In this document: piece after piece, positions 38,032 to 50,958 of the stretch | How the letters are laid out: every line of letters starts with the position of its first letter | Numbering within the stretch: the stretch's first letter is position 1 | NCBI GenBank assembly: GCA_964016885.1 | Contig: OZ024742.1 | Location: 62,744,001 to 62,808,000 of the forward strand | DNA length: 64,000 nt | Origin: Eledone cirrhosa | Lineage: Eukaryota | Direction: 5' to 3' | Notes under the pieces: generated by a model | The model's database searches: none | Told to the model about the DNA's origin: nothing | The model's input: the letters and a program-made list of their open reading frames with translations, nothing else | Position numbers and translations under genes: made by a program

Positions 38032-38230
38032 TTTATGTTGGTTGACATCAAAACCTCTAGTGTTCTTAGTCCCCAGGCTGCCATTTTCCTCCTCAAAATC
38101 AGGAGGGCATCTCACCAAGCTAAGGAGCCCAGTGAGGTAGAATAGTTCATACAATGGATATTGTTTGTTGGCTGTTTTCTGCAGAAATGCTTTTGTTATT
38201 TCGTTTGCAAACTGCAGCAGAGATATACTT
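38032..38230 (-). other. Candidate upstream (5' UTR) exon of the TGIF-like gene
   Basis: Unique, more GC-rich block ending in AAA|GTAAG at 38032/38031. The 5' boundary is uncertain. Confidence 0.3.
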
Positions 38231-41200
38231 CCCAGCCATGGCTGTAGAGTTTGCCTACCAACTTTTTTTTTTAATATTCTACCCACACTACCCCAACCAT
38301 TTACTCCTTTTCTCTCTTCCTATTTATAAATATATACAATTGAATATGAAATTTTACAGCTGCTCCTAGCACAGAATCATTGCTTTCACCTATTCAAGGA
38401 TATTCAGAAACAGAAAATCCTAGAATATAGTGAAAGCAAAGAGTCCATGTTTATAAAATTTTAATCTGTTGAAATAATATATACAATCACACACATATAC
38501 ATATATAGGCCGGATCTTCTTCCAGATGCTAAACACTTTACAAAATGTAATGGGGTCATTTAGCATGACTCCAGCATAACCAACTTACAGGGTGGACTAG
38601 GTGTTATTTATCATATCACCAGCACTACCTCATTAGATCACTAGTGTGCTTGTGTCCCTTGGTCAAGTTAGGGAAGCATTGATAGGAATGGGAGGATGGG
38701 CAGGCTGCATGCCTCTTGCCAGAAGAAGGGGAGATCATCCCACTGTGGGGAAAAAGGAAACTTTGTATCATGGAAGTGGCCATGAAGAGATTTAGTTGCA
38801 TATTGCAGAGTATGCCTGGTTTTCCATGTAGAGCAGAGGATATCCTTTTCCCATGCTGGCACTGGTGGGACTAGAAAGGGAGTGAAGGGGTGTGTGGAGG
38901 GAGACTAAATGAGTTGGATGAAAAGGGTGTGTTGAATATGAAAGGAAGGACAGCTTAGTGTGAAGAGAGGAGTGGATTAAGTTAGGGGATTATGATGAGG
39001 AAGGTGGACAAAGGAGTCGAGCAGGAGTGGAAAGCATGTCAGACAGGGGCACTAAAATGTTTCATTTCACTTGCATGGATAAGCGAGTCCTTTTGTATCT
39101 GTCAGACAGCATATCACCACTCAACTCAATCTTATGTCATCTTTTTCCTGAGTTCCCCACATGTCTTCATATCAGCATAGTTTCCAAGCACGAGTTGATA
39201 TTTATACCCCACAGGCAGAGCAGTGTAGCTGTTCAACAAAGTTGAACGGTTTCTACCATACTTATAAATAAAGTATAGGTTAGCGACAGGAAGTGTTCCT
39301 GGCTGTAGGAAAGATGCCTCAAAAATGTTTATCCAGCCCTTGCTAACATAAAAAAGTGGACATGATGATAGTGTCAATAGTGAAGACACACTTTAAATAA
39401 TGCACTGCATATCCGAAATGAGAAAAAATTATTATTGTTATATATTGCGTAGTGGGTTTGTTAGTAATGGTAAAATGGCACACAAAACAAATTTAGATAT
39501 AAAAAAATAAATAAATAAATAAAAATACACACAAATACATTTCTACCTAGAAAATATAATTTGCACTTCCCCGCTTCATATATATATAGCTCATGAGAAT
39601 GAATACTCATTACTAAAATAGAGATTAATATTATTTATTAAGCCAAGCTTCAGCCTTGTTGCTCTGTGTACTCGCATGGCTTTCAGAAAAGACAGTTGTC
39701 TGAGGAACCTTTGAGTACACTGGAGAGAAACAAAACTCAAGATTGGCCTTAATAAAGAATATACATATAACTTTATAATAAAACACAAAAGTCACATGAC
39801 AACCACTTTATGTTAGATTTGTTTGGGAAATGGCAATTTGATATTTTCTTACTTAAACCTCTCTCTCGCAACATTGTTGACAAGATGGTCAGTAGTCAAA
39901 TTGGCAGCTATCTATAACTAACTACCACAGTATCTATCTTTGGATAATACATTTATCTACCTACCTATCCACAAATCCCAATAACACTCCAGAGATGGAT
40001 GCATAGCCATTGTAATTTAATTTAAAAAACTATGGAAGAAAATTATTGTAATTGATTTAAATGAATATTAAATGAAATACGAGTTTGGGTGGAGTGACAA
40101 AAGGGAGAAGTCAAGGAAAATTGAGGATTTAAGCATATTTACATAGATTGTTATAATCAAGAAATTAATAAATTTTACTATAATCCCCGTCACTTTTGTT
40201 GGGTACTGTGCTAGCCATGTATATAATGGCTGACTGAACACGCGTGCTTCTCCCAAAAACATTTTTTACCGTTTATATATTTATATATATATCATCATCA
40301 TTGTACGGTGTCGTTTCGCATATATATTTATATGTCTAAATGTAAGTAGATTTATAAAGTGTTGCGAACTTTGAACTAGTGAGAAAGAAAAAGAGAGAAG
40401 TATGTTGTGTTGTGTATGAGAGAGAGAGAGAGAGGGGGGGGGGTTGTAAAATAAAGCCACATTCAGTGAAGGTTATGGTGGTCATTATACTGGCAACACA
40501 TGCTCATACAAATGACAGATGTACACACGTGTGTATCTTTCTGTCTTTCATGAGGAAGACATATTTTCATTAGCGATGAATACGACACACATAGATGTGT
40601 ATCCGATAGCATGCAGTAATACATTTGTCTTTTGTAGATTAGCATATCACACCCAAGCACATTTGTGTGATATGTATATATACAGAATTAAATGATGGCA
40701 ATTATATATTGGATGCAGTCAGTTTTTCGTTCACCACACACACACATTAACGAGGGGGAGAGGGGGCTTTAAGTAAACCCAAACATAGATCTCGTCCGTG
40801 TTTATGTGATATTTATTACAAGACAATGATTCCGGATATAGTAATCGCAACAAAGTTTGTTTAACTATACATATAAACCAGGCCGGTTTTTAATTGACAG
40901 ACGTAGGAGATAGTCGAAAAACAGAAGAAAAACGAAGCACAACAAAACATTCATATACACAGACAAACGACTGGAGTATGCATGTACATACACGACTAAA
41001 ATAGATTTTATCTTAACAAGGAATAAAATTAAGAATTCTAAGATGACAGAAACTTAAGGCTTTCGTATGTGATATGGAGATAGCTGGACTTTGTCACGGT
41101 GAAGATAATGTGGTCTGTACAGAACTGTCACTCGTGCAGCCTTACACAGGCGGACGATATATATACACATACATACAGGATGTCCCAAAAAATGTATACA

Positions 41201-41845
41201 TACTTTGATTAGAATGCTGTTGAAGCGTGTGTGTAAATGTATGACAGGTTACACTGGACTTTGAATGTGGTATACACTAACAAAACTAGACAAACCTGTG
41301 ACAGAGTATACAGTGTGCTCACTAGTCCTCTTCAATCAAGTGGCAGTATACAGTATAGATAAAAACAAAGGCAGGTTTAAATCATGCGGCACACACACTT
41401 TATTTCATATTTCTTTATTCTCGGTGAAGCATATCCATCTCATATGGTAACGATGGAAAAAGCAGCTGTGTGTTTGTGGTGTGTGTAATAAGCCATATAA
41501 GCCCTCGGTTCGCCATCGAAAGGTTTAATTATATGGCTTAAACAAACAATTAGACATTTGAAAAATGGAAATACCCGCAGCAAAAAAGATTGATACGAGA
41601 GAAGGAATAAAGGGAAAACGAGGGGGAGGGGTGGGGGAACAACAAACTCAACCCACGTGCACCAGAACAGCAGGAAAAGACGATGAAAATAGATATCTAC
41701 ACTCCACTCGCCTCTTGTACCACCATTCTATCTCTCATTCTCCTTATATATATATAGCGCAAGTAGAAGAGTCAATTGAAGAGAATTTAGAAACTGTTAA
41801 ATCAATAATATACTTAAACTTAATGTATATGTCGTCATATATATA

Positions 41846-41925
<80 letters not shown>

Positions 41926-42424
41926 TTTCTTCATCGTTCTCTAAAGACGATGGAGATCAGCCGTATCTTAAATTCTAACATAATATGCATGGCTACCCCC
42001 CCCCCCCCCCCCCCCCACACACACACACAACATATACACAAGAATTTCTAAAGCTGGCATCCACACCCCTGTGGTTTTAAAACAAATTAATTTAAACTCT
42101 TGGAAAGTACTTTAATCAGAACGGATATTAACTGAAAAGGAAATATAAAATAAAAAAAGTATTTCATAAAGCAAATATGTTGTGTAATTCTGAACAAAAA
42201 ATGCACAGAAACATGTGAAAAATGCCAACTAAATTGAAAAAGTATTCTAAAAATTGTCAAGAATTTTTCCTCAAAATTCCTTGCTGTGAGAAACCTTTTG
42301 CTGTATGGAATCTTTAGGGACCAAAATAAAACCAAACCAATCCCCCAAACAAATGGTTTGATTAAGAAGGTTTCAAGTAAACATATGGTGTCGGGTGTCA
42401 ACTCACTCTGTAACAAGCGAATTT

Positions 42425-42482
42425 TGGTAGACGGAAGCCGTGAAGAAGTCTGTCGCGCGCGCGCGGGCGGGCAATGCCGAAC
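42425..42482. promoter_or_regulatory. CpG/GC-rich patch, candidate promoter element
   Basis: CGGAAG (ETS-like) and GTCGCGCGCGCGCGGGCGGG (GC-box-like) in otherwise AT-rich unique DNA upstream of the gene. Confidence 0.3.
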
Positions 42483-42999
42483 AATGAAACAAATAAAATA
42501 TGCTTTTGTAGTTATTTAATTCATTGTTTAATGATTGTTTCAAAAGGCTATGTATACTAAACATTTGTCGATATACTGACCAATCGATATGCAACCTCAT
42601 CGTATTAGCAACATTTTATTTTATTTTATTTTTTTGTATATTTTGTCCTTTGAAACAATTAACTACTAAACTTCGTCTTATTTGTTTCTTTGTTCAATAC
42701 ACACACATCTTTATTCTCTCTCGTCTACGATTTCACAGAACTTATGTTCATCGATTTCAGGGACTTGACTCCTTCTTCCTCATTTTTCGTTGCATTACCA
42801 TCTTTGTTTGTTTACTGTCTCGCTCGTTCCCCCTATTTACGTGTCCCAACGACTTTCTTTAGCTGTTGCTCGCACCAACCAGAGGTATACGGTCTTTAAA
42901 GAGATGAAATACCAATGAAGGTTGGAAGATCACTGATGAAGGACTAAATTTATTCATATGTAACCCATTTGCAACCACGCAGCACGCCATATTTTCATG

Positions 43000-43091
<92 letters not shown>

Positions 43092-43228
43092 ACAGTTAAA
43101 CAAGGTTCAATGAATAAATCAAAGAATGAGTTTTACAATAGATTGGAAGCACTCAACAGAAATGGTTTTCCAGAGTTATTAATATTAATTCAAAATATTA
43201 ACAAAATAGATATTCTTGTGATCAAGTA

Positions 43229-43294
43229 TATTTTATTATACATATTTCAGAGGTACTGAGTTAACTTCAACTGACGTCCTCATCAGATAAAATA
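43229..43294 (-). ncRNA. Minimal type I hammerhead ribozyme, Penelope-associated
   Basis: UAUUUUAU-CUGAUGA-GGACGU..ACCUCU-GAAA-UAUGUA-UA-AUAAAAUA: perfect 8-bp stem I, intact core, quasi-palindromic stem III. Confidence 0.75.
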
Positions 43295-43489
43295 AGATGA
43301 TGCATGACATACCCTGACATAGTAGATGGTTAAGATTCAGTCATGGTAGTGAGTAATATATGACAAAACTCAATATTTATATACCTTAATATTGAGAACA
43401 TGAGAAAAATATATAATACATACAATAGAGAGGGTGCGTGTGAGATAGCTTAAAAAATACTTGGCATTAATATAACTGTTAAATAATTT

Positions 43490-43895
43490 AAATTACTGAA
43501 GATCATCGGACTCAGCACAAGTCACGGATCTTCTGGGGATTTTCATCTTAAATATGCTAAATAGAAAACTGCCGGAGATTACCGGTGGTTTATATAGAGA
43601 CGATATTTTATTTACGGTTGTTAAACACAGCAATACAGAACTAAATAGGGTTAAGAAAAATATAATTGAATTCTTTAAAAATTACGACCTTAAATTAGAG
43701 GTTGAAAGTGGTACCAAAATAGTTAATTTCCTTGATGTTACCCTTAACTTAAACTCTGGTTTTTATTACCCTTTCCATAAGCCCAATGAAAACTTAAATT
43801 ACGTTAGTTATTACTCTAATCACCCTAAATCTGTGAAAAATGCTATTGTCAATAGTGTACAGAAACGCATAACTAGAATATCTGCTAATAAATAA
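43490..43895 (+). mobile_element. Penelope-like element reverse transcriptase fragment
   Basis: DSAQVTDLLGIFIL..GGLYRDDIL..VNFLDVTLNL..YYPFHKPN..SNHPKS. Confidence 0.85.
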
Positions 43896-45109
43896 ATATA
43901 TATATATATAAACTCAAGTTTTTGAATACTCAATGACATGTAAATAAGATTTTGCCAAATAAAATTTTTTTTTATTGTTGATGAAATCAACACTACACCG
44001 AAAAGAATGTTAGTAAGACGATTTCATATTGCTTTTCATAATAGGGCCGGGGCCATATCATTAAAGCAAACATGCAATGATTTGTGTTAACATATAATTA
44101 GTTAATATATATTCGTGTTAGGGTAGCAGTGACAACTATCTTAGAAGAGGGGCCCAAGATTACTAATCATGTTAGTGCCATCATATGATTTTTAATTTAG
44201 ACACAAGGCTAGCAGTTTAAGAGGTGAAAGTTGGTTATATCGACCCCAGTACTAGAGTGGTACTTTGATGAAAGGCAAAGTCAACATAGCCGAGATTTGA
44301 ACTCAGAGTAGAGCTGGAACTCATAAGGCATTTTTTGTCCTACACCCAAACAACTTTTCCAATTCACCAACTTTAAGATCAAACCAGTTATTAATAGAAC
44401 ATTTCAATATCATTGTATCTCAATTCAATCCTTCCACATTACCACTGCAGCTCTCTGGTACTGCCATGTAGACATCTAGAATGTCCAATGGAACATCAAC
44501 AACATCAATCTTAATAGTTTGAAGGAGCCATCGTATGTCCTTGGGAGTTGTTCTTCCCTCATTAAACAAATTCATTGGCAGGCCATATCTGGTGGCGCAG
44601 GAAAATAGCTACTTGGTGTGGTGATGGAAGTTATGTTAGAATCCGATAATGGCTTACATCGGCAACATTACATATAGATTTTACTTGCCTATACAGCACA
44701 AAGGGAAACCATACTGCTACTCTGATGCCGGGAAAGGACTCGAAAATTTTGATTCTACGCACCTCATTACTATTAATCTAGGACTTAATGCAGGAGAGAG
44801 AGAGATAGTGGCAGGGGAAGAGAACGAACATACACACACACCAACCATCTAACTCGTGTCTAGAATCTAACGGGAAAGTGGAAGACTGAAGTGAACGCTG
44901 TGATAAGACTTTACATAGAACATAAGAGGTCCAACTCTAATGAGCTACTCATCATCAACTGTAGAGTCGCCGATTCTGTGATATCCTACAGTCAGCGGTT
45001 TATGAACGAGTGAACAACCCGTGAAGTCGTTGACCACAACATTGTCCATACTGCCACATAGCGGCATATTTCAACATTGGTTGATCATAGATGTTTGATG
45101 TCTCACTAT

Positions 45110-45300
45110 GTAAGCACATGGCCTAATGGTTAGGGTGTTGGCCTCGCGATCAGAGGGTCATGGGAGCGATTCCTGGACCGGACGTCACAATGTGTTCTAG
45201 GGCAAAATGTTTCTTTCACGTTGCTTTCATGACAAGACTGGAGCCCTTACCATTAAAACACCCATGACATTTTCAATTAGATGCAACCTCGTAACAAGCC
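45110..45300 (+). mobile_element. CORE-type tRNA SINE
   Basis: TGGCCTAATGGTTAGGGTG..GATTCCTGG..GGGCAAAA..TTTCACGTTGCT. Confidence 0.65.
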
Positions 45301-45889
45301 AGCTAAACCCGATTTTTCTTTTTTTTTTTAACTGCCTAACCAATACACAGGACATTTAAGATTTCCCAGGTGTTATTGTGAGACGAGTGTCAGTGACCCT
45401 GACTATACCAATGACCCCAGGATAGTTGACAGCTATATCAATGTTCAGTCAGCTGTTGACCGTTTCAGTGTTTACACGCTGCATGTTGGCATGAAAATCA
45501 ATGCAGTCAAGATGAAGATACTATCAGCTGGTATCAAGCCTTCTGAAAAGACTTCGGCCATACTTAATGCGACAGATCAACGCATGCTGAAACTTTTTAG
45601 CCAATTCTGTCATCCGTGAACCCTCCATGTTCATGCATTGCCAGATCAACAATATCATCATCGTCTATGGATTGGACGGATCGTCACAGAATAAGCCAGA
45701 ACTCAATCAGAGCTATTGTCTTACATGTATAATAAGGTAATATATTTGAAATAAGAGATTTTTGTACAGGTCATTCGATACATTATCGCTTCAGTTTCTC
45801 TTTTAATGAAAAATGCCACACAAATACATACAGAGAGACCAATACGTGCGTGTGGGATCTCGTCAATTACGAGGGTGAATTTTCCAATT

Positions 45890-46185
45890 GTACGAAGAAC
45901 GAAATGGCCTGCTCGTGAAATTAACATGTAAGGTCGATGCCCCAACATGGCCTCAGCCGGATGGCTGGAGCAGGTAAAAGAGTAAACGACTGGGCATTCC
46001 ACAGAATGCGCACCTTTAACGAAGTTCTCAGGGAGTTTTAGCGTGACAAGGATGGCCCTTTGAATTACTGGTAGAAATTATATTATCAACCAAGTGGAAT
46101 GGAGCAGCATGAAATAAAGTGTCTTGCTCAACGTGCCCACGGGAACTGATCGAGGGTTGAACACCCTAACCATTAAGCAATGCGC
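45890..46185 (-). mobile_element. CORE-type (OR-like) SINE
   Basis: AAAGTGTCTTGCTCAA and CACCCTAACCATTAAGC. Tail shared with the 13215 copy. Confidence 0.7.
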
Positions 46186-46793
46186 GTGCGCCCGCACACA
46201 CACACAGGATTTTTATGATAAACTAAAATGATATATTTACATACAAACTAAATATAACAAAAAAAAAATGATACTGCCTGCGGGAATCGAACCACGCACC
46301 TGCTGTACACCGGACTATATGTATGTATATATATATTATATAAACAATGTGACAGACAGCTGTCGGACGTGTGTATGTAGTGGGGAGGAGTGTTGACAGA
46401 TGACAGGAGAAGGCAAGGGCAGCAACTAGTTTCATTGTTGGCAACAGGTTGTGCCCTTTCTCCTGTTTGTATGTGTGTAGTTGTGTGAACACAAGCTTTC
46501 ATATATACATGTAGACACGAGAACCGGTCCGGCGCACACAAAATTTGACAACTTGTGCGCGTGTGCGTGTATATATATATATATATATTCGATGTCAACT
46601 TTGGCTTCCATACTTCCAGAGCCGTTAAAATATAGCACCAGATACTGGATCCGTGTAACCGACTATACCTTCGCCTCTGAATATCCTACATTTAAAGTAC
46701 CAGTAATGTACTGAGTAATTTGCTGGCCTTGTGCCAAAAGTAGAAACAATTATAAACGATTAGTATTAACTCCACAGCGTATGTTTGTGTGTA

Positions 46794-46845
<52 letters not shown>

Positions 46846-47659
46846 TATATTTCACGGTCACTATGTAGAATATTAGGGGTTTTTTTCTACCGCACCCTGT
46901 GGTATATGCATATTTACAGTATCATGATATGTATATATCGATGATTTTTCAACTTCTTTGTTCATGTGCAACAACAGAGAAAACTTGACAGACGGTAATG
47001 TATAAGTGATTATAAGAGAGTGGGGGAGAGAGAATGTGTGTGGTTTCTATGGTTTATAGATATTTGTCAAACGCTAGTAGACTGTATAGCTGTCAAACAC
47101 TATATATATATATATATATATAGCCAGCCAAACTGTCTGAACCACGTGGGGAGATATTTCCTAGATCAAATTGTCAATAGAATAAAGTAACTGGCATGTA
47201 CTATAGGTGGTTAAACCATAATTATTCATTCCTTTTCCACTCAACCAAAACCTGTCTCAAAATGAGAAATTATACATTCACACACACATATATACGACGC
47301 TCTTCTGCAGTTTCCATCTACCAAATTCCACTCAAAAAGACATTTGTGTATCCGAAAGTAAATGTGCCGCTCAACGGGAATAATATGTGTGTGTGTGTAC
47401 ATACATACATACACACACCCATGTGTGTTAGTTACTGCCGAAAACTAGATATTTGGATTCATTTTATCATATATTAATTCCCATCAATCCGTCACTACTT
47501 CCTCTAGTAGTTGCTTCATTTGAGGGGTACTTACAGGAGTGGTTAAAATGAAAAAATGTTAACAAATAGGCTGCTATCATCACCTGTCTCAACGGAAAAA
47601 TGTTCGAAACGAAAGTCATCAATAGTGACTTCCATTATTACTAATTACTATACATGAAA

Positions 47660-48075
47660 AGGCGGTGGATTGGCAGTATTGGTAGAGGGTCGGACACCAT
47701 GCTTTGTAGCATAGTTACCTCCCTTTATGATCCGAGTTCAAATCCCGCCGAGGTTAACTTTACCTTTCATCCTTACGGCGTCGATAAAATAAAGTACCAG
47801 TAATGCACTGGATAATTTATGGCCTTGTGCCAAAAGTAGAAACAATTATTACTAATTACTATAATGTGTATTACTAATTACTATAGCGGTGGATTGGCAG
47901 TATCAGTAGCGAGTCGGACGCCATGCTTTGCGCAAAGAGTTACGGCCCTTTATGGTCTGAGTTCAAATCCCGCCAAGGTTAACTTTGCCTTTCATCATTA
48001 CGGGGTCGATAAAATAAAGTACCAGTAATGTACTGAGTGATTGCTGGCCTTGTGCCAAAAGTAGAAACAATTATT
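47660..48075 (+). mobile_element. Two tandem full-length Meta-type SINEs (47660-47850 and 47886-48075)
   Basis: Each runs from GCGGTGGATTGGCAGTAT to GTAGAAACAATT. They are flanked and separated by repeated ATTACTAATTACTATA. Confidence 0.92.
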
Positions 48076-49189
48076 ACTAATTACTATAAGCACATCGTCA
48101 TAATCATCGTGTAAGGCACAATTGATTAAATCGATCCTAATACTTATTTTATCGACCCCCACCCTCCTGAATTAAGGAAAGGAAACTCGACGTCAGAAAG
48201 TTTGAACACATCATTTAAAGGGAAATAACTGAATACAACTTTAACAATTATTTCAAATAGCTTTCATTGGTATTTTAATAGGAGGCGGCGGAGAGGGGGG
48301 GGGGCTGAGCTAACGGGATTTGAAACCAGAATTTTGTCTCGTCACTCTACGGACTGCCAAAAATGTCAAACATAGACACAAGATCCCGTTAATCGGAGAG
48401 AGAGGGGGGGGGGTATACAGTCGATTATATGAATGCTAATACAAGGCTGGAACAGCCTGGAGGGAAGCTGGAAATATGAGATTAGGCTGAATTTGAAACC
48501 AGGATGCAAAGGAACGTAACTAAACTTGCAAACCACACACACGCGTGTATATATATGTGTGTGTGTATGTATGTGTGTATATATATATATATATATACGT
48601 ACACAAGCAATATTAACAAGCACACTCATTGAAACTCATCTTACACACGTGTCTGTATGGTAGATGCGTTAATGCGTGTAAAAAAATGGGTAAACGAGCT
48701 TTCTTATTCACACATGTATACACACGCAACACCATCCACTCCCCCTTATAGTTACACACAACACAATCAGGTCTCACAGTCTCATCTCATCACATGCTTT
48801 TTTTTTTATTTAAAAAAAAAAGAAGAAAAAAAACTGGAGATGACAAAGTAGAGTGTCACTATAAGCGGAACAGCGCTTGGTTATAGCAAAGAGTTGACGA
48901 GAATTACGACCGATCAAAATACACGCGATACACACATTTTCAAACATGCGTGTGCGTACTTTCACACGCGTGTATGTAACACACCATTACACACGTGTAC
49001 GCACTTGATAAAGCCATGAGTGACAGACGCGAATCAATACTGACAGCAAGTCATATAACACACACAGCATGCACACATAAACAGACTTGCGTGCATGTCT
49101 GTACGTGTACGATCAATATAGCAACACATTGTAAGTGGAGAAGGAGTGTACAGGCAAGACAAAGGCGAGTGTAGTATGTAGTAGTGTCT

Positions 49190-49490
49190 CTACATTATCT
49201 ATATATATATATATATACACATACACACATTATCTATCTATCTATATATATATATATACACACACACACACATTATCTATATATATATACACATACACAC
49301 ACACTATATCTATATATATATATATATATACATACATACATACACACACACATTATCTATATATATATACACACATACACACACAATATATATACACACA
49401 CACACTATATATACACATCTATATATATACATACACACATACATACATTATATATATATATACACACACAGATACACACATATATATATA
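49190..49490. repeat. Compound (TA)/(CA) low-complexity repeat
   Basis: Degenerate CATTATCTATATATATACACACA units. Confidence 0.9.
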
Positions 49491-49550
49491 TTGGAAAAAC
49501 CAATGGAAACATTGTTTCCTCGGTCCGATTTGACGAAAGTCGATCGATTA

Positions 49551-49581
<31 letters not shown>

Positions 49582-50539
49582 TATAATACAAACGCGCGCG
49601 AAAATACGCTATATTCAATGTATAACAGTTTATACTGTTAAGATATATAGGTAGAGGTATATACATACAAGCACACGGGCCATATATCCTGTGTACGTGT
49701 CTAAGTTATACACATACATATATCTATATATACACACACATGATGTACATTCAAATCTAGGCAGATAAATTGACATATGCATAGTCAGGCATAAATACAC
49801 ACACGCGCGCGTTGACAAATGTTAAGGTGTGTGTGTGTGTGTATACACACACACACAAAGGTTAAGGTGTGTGTGTATATATACACACACACGCAATGAA
49901 TCTATGTACTAACAAACAAAGACAAATGTAGTAATCTCATTAGCAAGATACTAACATATGAAGCCAAACGAGTATACATACTCCTTTATACTCTTACTGG
50001 TTTCTGTGATGGACAGGGGTGATGAAGTGCCGCATTCAAGCTTTTAGTCGATCATATCGACCTCGGTATTTATTCATTTGATCTTTATTCATGGAAATGC
50101 TAATATTTGGCCGTATAATAGGACTCAATCCCAGGTTTTACACACCAAACTTTCTCTCCCTCACACACATTATATGGCAGGCATCTGCTTAGTTTCCTAT
50201 AACAAAATTGCAGGCTGACTGACTATAGAAGATAGTTAGTTGCCCAAAGTGACAATTAGATCGAACCCGGGACCATGTAGTTTTTGAGTCAAGTTTATAA
50301 ATATACATACATAGCTTAGCCACGCGTATATGTTCATATAAAACACATCAATTACATAACAGAATTCAGATATACAAACCGCGCGCACGCAAACACACTG
50401 AAGCACGTTGGCAGGAATGAAGGAAAATCCAGATGTAACTGATAAATGCATATAGACACGTGTATGTATGTATGTATGTATGTATGTATGTATGTATGTA
50501 TGTATGTATGTATGTATATATATATATATATTTAGCGTG

Positions 50540-50700
50540 TGCGGCCCTTTGAATTACGAGCACAGTTCATTTTCGACAGCTGAGTCAACTAGAGTAACGT
50601 GAAATAAAATGTCTTGCTCAAGGACACAACGCGCTGCACGGGAATTGAACTCACGGCCGTAAGCTAAATAACCTTAACCACTAAATCACGTGACTTCACT
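50540..50700 (-). mobile_element. CORE-type tRNA SINE
   Basis: TGTCTTGCTCAAGGACAC and GGAATTGAACTC. Confidence 0.75.
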
Positions 50701-50789
50701 TGTCAAACATGCATATAGTCACACGAATATATAAATATAGTGACCGATTCACATTAATAACACTAACACTAAATGACTTCAAAATCAAA

Positions 50790-50958
50790 CAGGGTCGGAC
50801 GCCATGCTTTGACGCATAGAGTTACGGCCCTTGCCATTCTGAGTTCAAATCCCGCCGAGGTTAACTTTGCCTTTCATCCTTACGGGGTCGATAAAATAAA
50901 GTACCAGTAATGTACTGGGTAATTTCTGGCCTTGTGCCAATAGTAGAAACAATTATTG
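50790..50958 (+). mobile_element. Meta-type SINE
   Basis: Near-identical to the other young copies. Confidence 0.88.

Noticed and set aside
41175-41210. Tc1/mariner-like TIR (CAGGATGTCCCAAAAAATGTATACA)
   Set aside because: No partner TIR or transposase was found, so it is too weak to annotate.
42930-42990. CTGATGA hammerhead-like core
   Set aside because: No stem II, GAAA or stem I partner follows.
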